64,000 bases of DNA, from assembly GCA_002687795.1 (NCBI GenBank), contig NZBG01000024.1:4250-68249 (forward strand), read 5' to 3'. Below, one piece after another: positions 9,031 to 18,114 of the stretch. The DNA is from Candidatus Woesearchaeota archaeon (lineage in GTDB: Archaea > Nanobdellota > Nanobdellia > Woesearchaeales > GCA-2687795). The notes under the pieces were generated by a model. The model did no database searches, was not told the origin of the DNA, and was given only the letters and a program-made list of their open reading frames with translations. A program made the translations under genes and the position numbers. The first letter of the stretch is position 1. Every line of letters starts with the position of its first letter.

Positions 9031-9363
9031 TTAGATTGTTTTATTTCCAAGTTTTCTTGGGTCCTGCCAATTATTATCTACTACTATACTATTATTCAGG
9101 AGATCAGGCAGTATATGCTCTATTTCACCGCATTTTACAAATATTCTATCGCTACAAATCGTGAAATCCTTTTTACTATTGCAGACAGCTTTTGTGTATG
9201 TTGAGAAAACTTGCTCTGAAGCATTATTATCTATACTATCAGGTGTATAATTTTCTAGCACTTCTTTTACTACAAAACCTGTGGGTAAGTTTATGTCTTT
9301 TGTTAAGACAAAACCTAAAGCAATTGTCTCAATTATTATAATAAACAGCAGAAGTTTGTTCAT
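9031..9363 (-). CDS. Small membrane-anchored or secreted hypothetical protein
   Basis: 110 aa. N-terminal hydrophobic segment MNKLLLFIIIIETIALGFVL, three Cys in the remainder. Confidence 0.45.
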   Translation of the reverse strand: MNKLLLFIIIIETIALGFVLTKDINLPTGFVVKEVLENYTPDSIDNNASEQVFSTYTKAVCNSKKDFTICSDRIFVKCGEIEHILPDLLNNSIVVDNNWQDPRKLGNKTI

Positions 9364-9532
9364 ATATAAAATAAATGAAGAGAATTATAAAAATGTTTTT
9401 CTTATACCAACCTGTTTTGCATTAAAATATATTATATGATAAAAATATATTAGTATACAAAAAGGTAACATTTATATATTAGCTTATAATTTAATTTTAT
9501 ACTATTATATTTAAAATCAAGAGGTGAAGATA

Positions 9533-9829
9533 ATGGATCTTATTGTTGAGAACGCATTAAAAAATAATTCTAATAATTTCAATTCAGACAACATGGAGAT
9601 TGGCAAGGCTAATATTAAGGTTATTGGTGTTGGCGGCGCAGGCAATAACATGGTTAATTGGCTCTATAAAAAGGGAATACGGGGAGCTGAGATTATTGCA
9701 TGCAATACTGATAAACAACATCTTGACGCTACTGAAGCTGTAAATGCTTTTGTCAGGCCTAGACTCTATAAAGTTGCCAGATACATCCAGGGTGATAATG
9801 AACAACAGGAACAGGTTATGGTTGGTTAA
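9533..9829 (+). pseudogene. ftsZ: FtsZ N-terminal remnant (about 69 homologous codons, then unrelated tail)
   Basis: SD gaggtga lies before ATG 9533. KANIKVIGVGGAGNNMVNWLYKKGIRGAEIIACNTDKQHLDATEA matches the archaeal FtsZ G-box region. Homology stops near 9739, and both other frames hit stops at once. The convergent kinase gene occupies the space where about 300 more codons would be needed. Confidence 0.7.
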
Positions 9830-10352
9830 TCCTTTTAATAACCTCTTCACTAACCTTCTCAGCAGGCATACCGGTTGTGCCAACAATAATATCATACTGC
9901 TTTTTATCATAACAGTCCAGGCTGTAATATTTTTTGTACCTTAACCTCTCGCTTTTTATCCTCCTCTTTACATTTTCCATTGTTTTATTCAAGGTTAAGT
10001 TTTCTTTTTCTTCTTTTCTCCTGCAGTTGAAGATTCTTTCAGCAGCTGTTTTTAAATCAACCTCTAAAAACACTTTGACAGAATTTGGGATGAAATGAAA
10101 CCCAAGCCTTGAGTCAATAACAAAATTATCTTCACTCTTGCCCAACTCAATCTGCCTTTTATCAAGCTCTTCATCAACCCATCTCTCTTTTTCAGCAATT
10201 TTGCCAAGCTCCAGCAAAGAAATCCCTTTTTTCTCAGCAATCTCTCTCATAAAATCTCCAATTGAATAATGTTTCAGCTTAAGCTTTTTTGCTATGAGTT
10301 TAGCAACACTGCTCTTACCTGAGCCGGGTTTTCCGGAGATTGTGATGATCAT
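9816..10352 (-). CDS. cmk: Archaeal-type cytidylate kinase
   Basis: MIITISGKPGSGKSSVAKLIAKKL P-loop and an overall length of about 178 aa. ATG at 10352 is preferred over the track start 10385 because a TATA-like tttttatattt lies about 28 nt upstream of it. Confidence 0.7.
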   Translation of the reverse strand: MIITISGKPGSGKSSVAKLIAKKLKLKHYSIGDFMREIAEKKGISLLELGKIAEKERWVDEELDKRQIELGKSEDNFVIDSRLGFHFIPNSVKVFLEVDLKTAAERIFNCRRKEEKENLTLNKTMENVKRRIKSERLRYKKYYSLDCYDKKQYDIIVGTTGMPAEKVSEEVIKRINQP

Positions 10353-10414
10353 AAGCTTAGCTTTGCTATCCAAATATAAAAACATTTTTATTATAAACTA
10401 ACATTTTCCTTATT

Positions 10415-11158
10415 ATGACACTATATATCATAGGATTAGGTTTAAACAATGAAAAAGACATAACCCTAAAAGGCTTGGAAGCAGTAAAGGGTTCAGATTA
10501 TGTTTACTTAGAGAACTATACTTCTGCTTTAAACTGCTCTGTTAAAGATTTAGAAAAGCTTTATGGAAAAAAGATAATCTTAGCAGACAGAGACCTTATA
10601 GAGAATAAGGCAGAGCAGACAATCCTTAAGGATGCAAAGAGTAAGAATGTTTCTTTGCTTGTGATTGGAGAGCCTTTAAGCGCAACCACGCATATTGATA
10701 TTATGTTAAGGGCAAAGGAACTGAAAATTAAGGTAAATATAATCAACAATGCCTCTATTCTTACAGCAGCCGGTATAACTGGGCTGCAATTATACAAATT
10801 TGGGCAAATCACTTCCATACCTTTTGATAACAAAGATATTAAAACACCAGTAGAAGTTCTAAAAAAGAATCAAAAAGCTGGACTGCATACATTGTTTCTA
10901 TTAGACCTCAACCCTGAAAAGAAAGAATTCCTTTCAATAAACAAGGCTTTGGAATATCTTGTTAGGAATAAAGTAAGCAAAGAAACCTTGTGCATAGGCT
11001 GCGCAGCCCTTGGCTCTGAATCACCGGAAATAAAGGCTGGGAAAATAAAAGAAGTTCTAAAAGCAAAGTTTAAGAAATATCCTCAATGCCTGATTATCCC
11101 AGGAAAGCTGCATTTCATGGAAGAGGATGCCATGGAAATATATTCTATTTCTACTTAA
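10415..11158 (+). CDS. dphB: Diphthine synthase (diphthamide biosynthesis methyltransferase)
   Basis: 247 aa. MTLYIIGLGLNNEKDITLKGLEAVKGSDYVYLENYTS tetrapyrrole-methylase-fold N-terminus typical of Dph5/DphB. Confidence 0.85.
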   Translation: MTLYIIGLGLNNEKDITLKGLEAVKGSDYVYLENYTSALNCSVKDLEKLYGKKIILADRDLIENKAEQTILKDAKSKNVSLLVIGEPLSATTHIDIMLRAKELKIKVNIINNASILTAAGITGLQLYKFGQITSIPFDNKDIKTPVEVLKKNQKAGLHTLFLLDLNPEKKEFLSINKALEYLVRNKVSKETLCIGCAALGSESPEIKAGKIKEVLKAKFKKYPQCLIIPGKLHFMEEDAMEIYSIST

Positions 11159-11384
11159 AATAGCTATACTTTGAAACCGGTGCATAAGTCATTGAAATCA
11201 GCGAAGCAACAAACATCAATGTGAACACAAAGCAGAATGCAAATCCCCATGCTTTACTAATATCATAAATCCAGAATGCAGACAGAAGAAAACCTATTAT
11301 GCTTGTTATCATAAATCCCCCGGTTAGAGGAGTAATTATTCGTTTTGAAACATGTTTTTTACCCTTTAATTTCATAATGAACAC
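11151..11384 (-). CDS. Small two-TM membrane protein, hypothetical
   Basis: 77 aa with two hydrophobic helices (ITSIIGFLLSAFWIY, AFCFVFTLMFVASLI). Confidence 0.4.
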   Translation of the reverse strand: MFIMKLKGKKHVSKRIITPLTGGFMITSIIGFLLSAFWIYDISKAWGFAFCFVFTLMFVASLISMTYAPVSKYSYFK

Positions 11385-11430
11385 CTCTTTTTTGCAGATA
11401 AGAAACTTTATTGTTTATAAATCTTTGTTC

Positions 11431-12465
11431 TTATTCTACAACCTCAATCTTCAGCTTCTCCAAATCGCAGAAATCAGAAGCAAAATTATAAGCGCCTGCA
11501 TTAAGGAAAACCAACTTATCACCAACTTTAGGTTCTTTTAGATAAACCCTATACCTGAACATATCCATTGAGCATGGTGTAATCCCTTTAATAACATAAG
11601 GCTTGCCCTCACCTTTAGGAAGCTCACCCTCAACAACCAATTTAACAGGAACGATTAACGCATCTAGGTCAGTATTATAAACAGAAGCATTCACTGTTAT
11701 ATTATTCTCATAGATTCCTTTAATATATGTGATAAGCTTAACTGCCGGCGCGGCAATAAACCTGCCAGGCTCAATAATCATCTGGATATTATTTTCTTTT
11801 AACCAATCCCTGAACTCTTTAATCTTGTCAAATATTGTTTTGATTACATCTTCATTAGTATTAGCATAAACTGAAGGCAGCCCACCTCCAATATTAACAA
11901 AATCAAGCAAGCCCCATACATCCTCTTCAATAATGTTCGATAACTCCTGTTTAAGGTTCCATTCCCCTATGTTCTGTGTTTTCCTATGGAAATGGATACC
12001 AAGCCTTTCAATATTCTTGTTATTTCTTAATTCTTTTACCTTTTTGTTGATAATTTCAGAATCCATGCCAAACACAAAATATCTTTCAGTTCTTATTGTA
12101 TATTCCTTAAGCTTCATCCTCAGCAAAAGTTTGACCTTAACATTATTATTCCCTAAGAACTTTGTCAATTCATCAAGGTCAGGCAGGTTATCAACAGCAA
12201 AGAATCTTATTCCATCATCAGTGAGGCTCTTTATTTCATCCTGGTTCCAGGCCTGCGCAAGGAATATAACCCTTGATTTGTCTGAAACATGTTTCAGCTC
12301 GTTAACCAGATGGACGCTAAACATGCAACCGGTTTCTTTCCCCAGGAGCTTTGTAACCTCCTGGTTGGTTTTAGAGCTGTATGAAACTATATCAGCAGCA
12401 TCTTTAACCTTGTTATACTGTTCCAATAGCTTGCTTTTAGATAAAATGAATTTAGCTTTTTGCAT
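11431..12465 (-). CDS. PLP-dependent decarboxylase, Orn/DAP/Arg decarboxylase (alanine-racemase fold) family, short form
   Basis: 344 aa. PLP-lysine context SYSSKTN, glycine loop NIGGGLP, EPGRFIAAPA, and C-terminal CSMDMF motif. Substrate not assignable by eye. Confidence 0.65.
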   Translation of the reverse strand: MQKAKFILSKSKLLEQYNKVKDAADIVSYSSKTNQEVTKLLGKETGCMFSVHLVNELKHVSDKSRVIFLAQAWNQDEIKSLTDDGIRFFAVDNLPDLDELTKFLGNNNVKVKLLLRMKLKEYTIRTERYFVFGMDSEIINKKVKELRNNKNIERLGIHFHRKTQNIGEWNLKQELSNIIEEDVWGLLDFVNIGGGLPSVYANTNEDVIKTIFDKIKEFRDWLKENNIQMIIEPGRFIAAPAVKLITYIKGIYENNITVNASVYNTDLDALIVPVKLVVEGELPKGEGKPYVIKGITPCSMDMFRYRVYLKEPKVGDKLVFLNAGAYNFASDFCDLEKLKIEVVE

Positions 12466-13453
12466 CTTTCTTATATTCTTCTAAAGTTTTCTTCTTAATT
12501 TCCTTACTTTCCTTTGGCTTAAGCAAGCCTTCTTCATCAAGCTGTTCCAAAGCATTAATCATAGCCAATGGAAAAGTAATAGTAACATCTCCAATAACTG
12601 TTGCAATATCGCTATCATCCTTAACCTTGCCCCATGACTTAGCTTCCTGTGTAGTAGCCCCGCTCATACTTCCTGAAGACTTATGCGCAGTAGTCATATA
12701 CACAGCATAATTAGCCCCTCCATTAAGCAAAGTGCTAAGGATTGCATGATGCTTAGAAATGCTTCCACCTAGTGCAATAACACCCTTCTTCTCATCATAG
12801 CTTGTAACAAACAAAATGTTTCCAAAATCCTTAACAACATCAACAACAAAATCCTCATGCTTTTGCTGGAACAAATAAAGGTGAAACCCGAAAGCGCCAT
12901 CAGTGATTGCGGGGCAGAAGATAGGAACATTGTTTTTTGCAGCCTGGTAAAGTATAGAGCTTTCATCATTTAACATCAAGCCAATCTCCTTTAACATGTC
13001 TGATACAGTCCATCTCTTTTGTTTCTTGTAAAGCTTGCCAAGAATATCTTTTATCATATCCTCAAAATGCATATAGCTTTCGTTCTTGACAAGGATATTG
13101 CCTATCCTGTTAATGCCTTTCTCATGTAATTCAACATCATCTGCTTCAAACCCACCAATGCTGAACTTCTCTCCGGAGGCTTTCATTATATCCTCTTCAA
13201 TGCCCCCTACTGTTGTCACAATAACATTTGCCATCCCAAGCTTTATAATCTGGGCAAAGAAGCCTCTCAAGCCAGAGGTTACCATGTTAGATGTAAAAGT
13301 AAGAAATATCTTAGCATTATCCTTCTTCATCTTAACAATAACATCAGAAGCCTTGCCCAGCTCAATGCTTTGGTAGCCAAGGTTCCTGTAATTACTAACC
13401 AGCTCCCTGACTTTCATTCCCTTTTTCCATTTAAAATCGTTGATAAGTTCCAT
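12452..13453 (-). CDS. dys: Deoxyhypusine synthase
   Basis: 333 aa. FLTFTSNMVTSGLRG, GGSISKHH and AITDGAFG regions fit the DHS family. The stop overlaps the decarboxylase start by 14 nt. Confidence 0.85.
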   Translation of the reverse strand: MELINDFKWKKGMKVRELVSNYRNLGYQSIELGKASDVIVKMKKDNAKIFLTFTSNMVTSGLRGFFAQIIKLGMANVIVTTVGGIEEDIMKASGEKFSIGGFEADDVELHEKGINRIGNILVKNESYMHFEDMIKDILGKLYKKQKRWTVSDMLKEIGLMLNDESSILYQAAKNNVPIFCPAITDGAFGFHLYLFQQKHEDFVVDVVKDFGNILFVTSYDEKKGVIALGGSISKHHAILSTLLNGGANYAVYMTTAHKSSGSMSGATTQEAKSWGKVKDDSDIATVIGDVTITFPLAMINALEQLDEEGLLKPKESKEIKKKTLEEYKKDAKS

Positions 13454-13623
13454 GTTAAAAACCTCACAGATGATAATATATTAACTAAAAAGATGAGAAA
13501 TAGCTCTATAAAAACCTTTGATTAAAGCCTGAATAAATATAATGGTATATTGAATTCATACTTTATAAAAACAGTCTTTGGTTTATAAAATTATTGGTAA
13601 ATCACTCTAAGATATACCTAAAA

Positions 13624-14439
13624 TCACTTCAAGACCCTCTGCACTCTCTCACACTTTATTCCAACTTTTTCTAAGAGTTCAACAACTTTTTGTTTATAAT
13701 GACCAAGACCTTTCCAGTCCAAGAGCACAATCTCAACCTTAGGAACAGTTCTCTCAACAGCATGTTTTAACAAATTTTCATCAAGAAATTCTAACATATA
13801 TTTGGGACAGACATGCCCAACAGCATACTCTGTCCTGAGCATTATTTTGTTTGCAGCCTGATTATAATGGCTTCCTCCTATAACAAAACAGGATTTTCCT
13901 TCTTTGATATCTTTGCTTAAAACATCCATAATAGTTTTAGCGATTATGTTGCCTGAATCCTTATTCTCCCATTCCTCTAAAGAAGAGCCAATCTCGATAA
14001 AGAAGCATGGCTTGTTTAGGAAAGGGCCATGATGGGTGCATTCCATTGTGATTTCATGCTCAGTGTCTTTAGCATTTTGGTTTAGTCTAACAAAGGCCTC
14101 CTTCAGAAAAAGAGCTGGCGCAACACAAAGCTCCTTATCCTTGCCGCCAGCTTCAGCCTTGCTCCAGTTCCCGGGCGCATGGCAGCTTAAAGAGCTAACG
14201 CCTTTAGCGCTCTGATGCTTTGTTGCGAACACAAATAAATCTGCTACAATCTCCTTATCAATATTCTCATAGTGAATAGATTCCTTCTTTGCTATGTAAA
14301 GCTGGATGTTATTCAATTGGTAAACATTGCTATCATCAAACTTCTCATCCAACTCCTTAAAGCCAAACAAATTAACCAGGGAATCTTTAATGTTCAACCC
14401 AGCAGGATCTTTCTCTGAAACAATGATCGCAAACTTCAT
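13624..14439 (-). CDS. dtdA: D-aminoacyl-tRNA deacylase, archaeal type (DtdA)
   Basis: 271 aa. MKFAIIVSEKDPAGLNIKDSL start, HAPGNW and CTHHGP motifs of the archaeal tRNA_deacylase family. Confidence 0.7.
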   Translation of the reverse strand: MKFAIIVSEKDPAGLNIKDSLVNLFGFKELDEKFDDSNVYQLNNIQLYIAKKESIHYENIDKEIVADLFVFATKHQSAKGVSSLSCHAPGNWSKAEAGGKDKELCVAPALFLKEAFVRLNQNAKDTEHEITMECTHHGPFLNKPCFFIEIGSSLEEWENKDSGNIIAKTIMDVLSKDIKEGKSCFVIGGSHYNQAANKIMLRTEYAVGHVCPKYMLEFLDENLLKHAVERTVPKVEIVLLDWKGLGHYKQKVVELLEKVGIKCERVQRVLK

Positions 14440-14470
14440 AAGTATAGTAAAATAAGCTGGTTAATAAAAA

Positions 14471-15118
14471 TTGTGTTATTATGATTTCTTAGACGCCATA
14501 TTTAAATATGATGATTGGTTTTTCTATGTTATGTTAAAGCAATTAGGGCTTTTTGAAGATTTAGAGATGTCTGTGGAAGAAACGCCTAAGTTGAACATTA
14601 AAAGAAATTATGGCATGCTGATGGAAGATTTGAATATGTTCAGTTATTGGGAATTGATGCGCATATATTTTGGTTATCATAATATCTCCTTGCCTCATGA
14701 GATGATGTTAAGCTCAGATAGTCCTGAGATATTGGTTATCATGCAGGCAGCGGCTATGGTAAAGAAAAAGCATGGGCTTTTTCAGATTCTTAAGAATATG
14801 CCTATTGAGGATATAGTTTCCGGGATGAATGATATTATATACGGAAAATCAGCAGGTGCAGGAATATATAAACGTGCGGGCCACACACCCCATCTTGATA
14901 GGAGGATAAGCCAGAGAAAAAGATTATTATCTCTTGATAGAGAGGTTAAAGAGGCATTCCTAAGGTCGTTTAGAAGGGATTATGTTTGTTCTTTTGAAGA
15001 AGGTTCTACTGGCAGATTCGAAGATGTTGGAACTAAAAGTAATTATAAAAAAAGTATATTTAAGTTTATTAAGGAAATGTATAGAGAAAATACTCAAAAA
15101 AACAACATCCTAATCTAA
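14471..15118 (+). CDS. Hypothetical protein
   Basis: 215-aa ORF with a TTG start in the track; internal ATGs are possible starts. No motif recognised. Confidence 0.4.
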   Translation: MCYYDFLDAIFKYDDWFFYVMLKQLGLFEDLEMSVEETPKLNIKRNYGMLMEDLNMFSYWELMRIYFGYHNISLPHEMMLSSDSPEILVIMQAAAMVKKKHGLFQILKNMPIEDIVSGMNDIIYGKSAGAGIYKRAGHTPHLDRRISQRKRLLSLDREVKEAFLRSFRRDYVCSFEEGSTGRFEDVGTKSNYKKSIFKFIKEMYRENTQKNNILI

Positions 15119-15129
15119 TCCAGGATAAT

Positions 15130-15137
15130 TTTATAAA
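15130..15137 (+). promoter_or_regulatory. TATA box candidate
   Basis: tttataaa starts 30 nt upstream of ATG 15160. Confidence 0.45.
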
Positions 15138-15159
15138 CTCATAATTCTTCCCTAAAACA

Positions 15160-15858
15160 ATGAATAATCTTCTTGACATCTATAACAAACTCTATAAGAA
15201 GTTTGACTCTCAGGGCTGGTGGCCCACAACCAAAGAAGGAAGCATCAAACCTTCTTACCATAACAAAGAGCCGTTAACAGAAACCCAAAGGCTTGAGATA
15301 TGTTTTGGGGCGATCCTTACACAGAACACCAACTGGAAGAATGTGGAGAAAGCCATAATTAATCTTAACAAAGAGAAGCTGATAGATATAAGAAAGATAA
15401 ACAAAATAAACCAGGAAAAACTGGCTGGCTTAATAAAAAGCGCGGGCTACTTCAACCAGAAAGCAATTAAGCTGAAGATATTCTGTGCACACCTTTTAGA
15501 AAACTATAAAGGAAGCTTTAATCTGTTATTCAGCAAAAAAATAAAAGAATTAAGAGAGGAGCTCTTATCAATAAAAGGCATAGGTCCTGAGACAGCTGAC
15601 TCGATAATCCTTTATGCGGCAGAGAAACCAATATTTGTGATAGATGCCTATACAAAGAGAATCATGTCCCGGCTTGGGTATTACAATGAAAAGACGGGTT
15701 ATGATGAATTACAGAATTTGTTTATGAAAAACCTGCCAAAGGATGCTAAGTTGTTTAATGAATATCATGCATTACTGATAGAGTTTGGAAAGCAATATTG
15801 CAAGAAGAAAACGAATTGTAATAATTGTTTTATAACTGCATTATGCAAATGTAATTAA
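15160..15858 (+). CDS. Endonuclease III-related HhH-GPD DNA glycosylase-like protein
   Basis: 232 aa. GAILTQNTNWKNVEKAI, HhH IKGIGPETADSIILYA, FVIDAYTKRIMSRLG. C-terminal Cys cluster CKKKTNCNNCFITALC has C-X6-C-X2-C-X5-C spacing. Confidence 0.75.
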   Translation: MNNLLDIYNKLYKKFDSQGWWPTTKEGSIKPSYHNKEPLTETQRLEICFGAILTQNTNWKNVEKAIINLNKEKLIDIRKINKINQEKLAGLIKSAGYFNQKAIKLKIFCAHLLENYKGSFNLLFSKKIKELREELLSIKGIGPETADSIILYAAEKPIFVIDAYTKRIMSRLGYYNEKTGYDELQNLFMKNLPKDAKLFNEYHALLIEFGKQYCKKKTNCNNCFITALCKCN

Positions 15859-15868
15859 AAACATAATC

Positions 15869-15880
15869 TTTATAAATAAT
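15869..15880 (+). promoter_or_regulatory. TATA box candidate (tttataaataat)
   Basis: The same 12-mer recurs at 32897 and 37708. Here it starts 30 nt upstream of ATG 15899. Confidence 0.5.
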
Positions 15881-15898
15881 CCTCCCCTTTTGATTCCC

Positions 15899-16294
15899 AT
15901 GGCAACAAAGAAGGCTTCGGTTGGCTCATTACAGAAGGGTTCTTATATTATTATAGATGGTCATGCATGCAGGGTAGCAGATACCCAGACTTCAAGACCA
16001 GGAAAGCATGGGCATGCAAAAGTGAGAATGAGCGCAGTGGGCTTGATAGATGAAAAGAAGAGAATAATAGTTATGCCAGGCCATGATCAAGTTGATGTTC
16101 CAATCGTAGAGAAAAAGATTGCCCAGGTGTTATCTGTCCAGGGAGATACAGCAAGCGTTATGGACACACAAAGCTATGAAACCTTTGATTTAAAAGTGCC
16201 TGATGATTTAAAGGATAGTTGTGTAGAGGGAATCAAAGTTTTATACTGGGATATTTTAGGCGAGAAGGTAATGAAACAGACAAGAGCAGAATAA
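15899..16294 (+). CDS. eif5a: Translation initiation factor 5A (aIF5A)
   Basis: Hypusination loop TSRPGKHGHAKVRM. ATG 15899 (MATKKASVGSLQKG) is preferred over the TTG at 15890. Confidence 0.9.
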   Translation: MATKKASVGSLQKGSYIIIDGHACRVADTQTSRPGKHGHAKVRMSAVGLIDEKKRIIVMPGHDQVDVPIVEKKIAQVLSVQGDTASVMDTQSYETFDLKVPDDLKDSCVEGIKVLYWDILGEKVMKQTRAE

Positions 16295-16320
16295 TACATA
16301 CTAATAGGAGGTTAGAAGAT

Positions 16321-16479
16321 ATGGCAAAGTTTCCAGAGGCTCAGGCAAGAATATTTAAGAACAAGTTTGTATGCAGGAAGTGTAAGACTGTTATAAGAAC
16401 TTCTAATACGCTTGTTTTACAGGGTAAGGTTAAATGCAAGAAGTGCCATGGCAAGGCATTAAGGCCTCTTAAAAAATAA
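16321..16479 (+). CDS. rpl40e: 50S ribosomal protein L40e
   Basis: MAKFPEAQARIFKNKFVCRKCKTVIRTSNTLVLQGKVKCKKCHGKALRPLKK, with a CxxC...CxxC zinc ribbon. ggagg lies 9 nt upstream of ATG 16321. The longer track ORF (16219) overlaps aIF5A and is not needed. Confidence 0.8.
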   Translation: MAKFPEAQARIFKNKFVCRKCKTVIRTSNTLVLQGKVKCKKCHGKALRPLKK

Positions 16480-16481
16480 AA

Positions 16482-17669
16482 ATGGATATACAATCAATCT
16501 TTGCTGTGCTTTTTATAATTTTTCTTAGCTTGTTTATTCTTGTAAAAAGGAAGAAGATGCAGTTCCAGAAGATTCTTACGCCTTTTATATACTTTGCAAT
16601 GTATAAAACAAAGCTGGGGCTGAAGCTCATGGATTCCATTGCAAAGAAATTCTCTAAGCCATTAAAGTATATAGGATATCTTGGTATAATGGTTGGTTTT
16701 ATTGGGATTGGCTTTCTGGGCTGGTCTCTGGTGAGCAATATACACAACCTTCTTACATTGCCCTCTGCGCCTGCGGGGGTTGGCATTATACAGCCTTTCA
16801 AGGCTGGTGTAAAAGGCACGGTTTATGTGCCCTTCTTTTACTTTATAATCTCTATATTTGTGCTGGCGATTGTGCATGAGTTTTCCCATGGCATAATGGC
16901 AAGGCTTCATGGTATTGAGATAAAGTCAAGCGGGTTTGCGTTCTTAGGGGTATTAGTTCCTATAATACCCGCTGCCTTTGTGGAGCCTGATGAGGAAAAG
17001 CTGAAAGAGAAGGATAGGAAGGCTCAGCTTTCCATATTTGCTGCAGGGCCGTTTGCTAATATATTATTGGCATTTGTTGTTTTATTGTTTTCCTGGGCTA
17101 TAGCAGCGCCTATTGCAAACTCTGTTACAGAGTTTGATGGGGTTTTGATAACCGGATTAATGGAAGGAGAAGAATATCCTGCTGAGCAGGCAGGCATATC
17201 AGAAGGCGAAGTTATAACCAATGTTAATGATATGCCTATAACCACTGTTGCAGATCTAAGCAAGGCATTGGAAGGAAAATCTCCTGGAGAGACAGTTTCT
17301 CTTGCAACAAACAAGACAGGATATTCTCTTACCTTAGCTCCAGACCCAAAGAATGAAAGCAAACCTTATCTTGGGGTGTATATCCGGGATAATATAAAGA
17401 TAAAGGAATCTTTCATACAAAAGTATGGGAGCATAACCCCAAAAGTTTTATTCTGGTTCTTTGGCCTGCTTTCATGGCTTTTCATACTAAACCTTGGCAT
17501 AGGAATCTTTAATCTTATCCCAATAGGCCCAATAGATGGAGGCAGGATGATGCATGTAACTCTTGAGAAATTCTTTGAGAAGGAAAAAGCAAAGAAGATA
17601 TGGAAGAGTATTAGCTTCTTATTCCTGATGCTTGTTATAACTAATTTTGTGATAGTTTTTATTAAGTAA
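16482..17669 (+). CDS. Site-2 protease (M50 family) with PDZ domain
   Basis: 395 aa, multiple TM helices. HEFSHGIMARLHG (HExxH), PDZ-like middle segment, NLIPIGPIDGG (NxxPxxxxDG). Confidence 0.85.
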   Translation: MDIQSIFAVLFIIFLSLFILVKRKKMQFQKILTPFIYFAMYKTKLGLKLMDSIAKKFSKPLKYIGYLGIMVGFIGIGFLGWSLVSNIHNLLTLPSAPAGVGIIQPFKAGVKGTVYVPFFYFIISIFVLAIVHEFSHGIMARLHGIEIKSSGFAFLGVLVPIIPAAFVEPDEEKLKEKDRKAQLSIFAAGPFANILLAFVVLLFSWAIAAPIANSVTEFDGVLITGLMEGEEYPAEQAGISEGEVITNVNDMPITTVADLSKALEGKSPGETVSLATNKTGYSLTLAPDPKNESKPYLGVYIRDNIKIKESFIQKYGSITPKVLFWFFGLLSWLFILNLGIGIFNLIPIGPIDGGRMMHVTLEKFFEKEKAKKIWKSISFLFLMLVITNFVIVFIK

Positions 17670-17670
17670 A

Positions 17671-18114
17671 TTAAACCTTACTTATAGCTTTATCAATAAC
17701 AGAAAGATCTTTAATCTTTGATGAAGATATCTTATCCTTGATTTCCGCTATTCTTTCAATATCTTCAATAATAAAATCAGAAAAGGAATCAATAAAAGGA
17801 TGTTTCCAGTCTTTAACCAGGTTTCCTTCAAAACTAATATTAGACCTTCTATGGTGGCTATCTTTAGGAAGCACAACAATAACAGGCTTCTTAAAATATT
17901 TTGCAACAACTATCTCCTGTGAAGTTCCTGTTCCTAACTTTTCTTCAGCATTAATAACAACTAAATCAGATTCTTTTATTCCTTTACAATCTTTTCCGAA
18001 TACAACTATAGAAGCGCTTCTATCTGAGACAAGTTCAAGAGGGTTAATAAAATCAGCATCAAAATGTTTCTTCAGAACTTCTATATACCTTTCTCTCCAG
18101 TGATCATACTTGGG
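17671..18114 (-). pseudogene. Nucleoside 2-deoxyribosyltransferase-like Rossmann protein lacking its 5' end
   Basis: Own translation: (stop)PKYDHWRERYIEVLKKHFDADFINPLELVSDRSASIVVFGKDCKGIKESDLVVINAEEKLGTGTSQEIVVAKYFKKPVIVVLPKD... The pattern D...I..SDLVV...GTGTS.EI..A....KPV fits the NDT-like family. No ATG/GTG/TTG occurs until the GTG at 17874, and a TAG lies directly 5' of PKY. Confidence 0.5.

Noticed and set aside
13454-13623. Three extra TATA-like palindromes (ctctataaaaa, ctttataaaaa, gtttataaaat) between dys and dtdA
   Set aside because: Only the box near 13474-13483 is at promoter distance from the dys start. The others could be chance in AT-rich DNA. I could not support an antisense or sRNA promoter without expression data.
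16219-16320. Upstream extension of the L40e ORF
   Set aside because: It overlaps the aIF5A 3' end in another frame. The conserved L40e sequence begins at ATG 16321, which has its own GGAGG.
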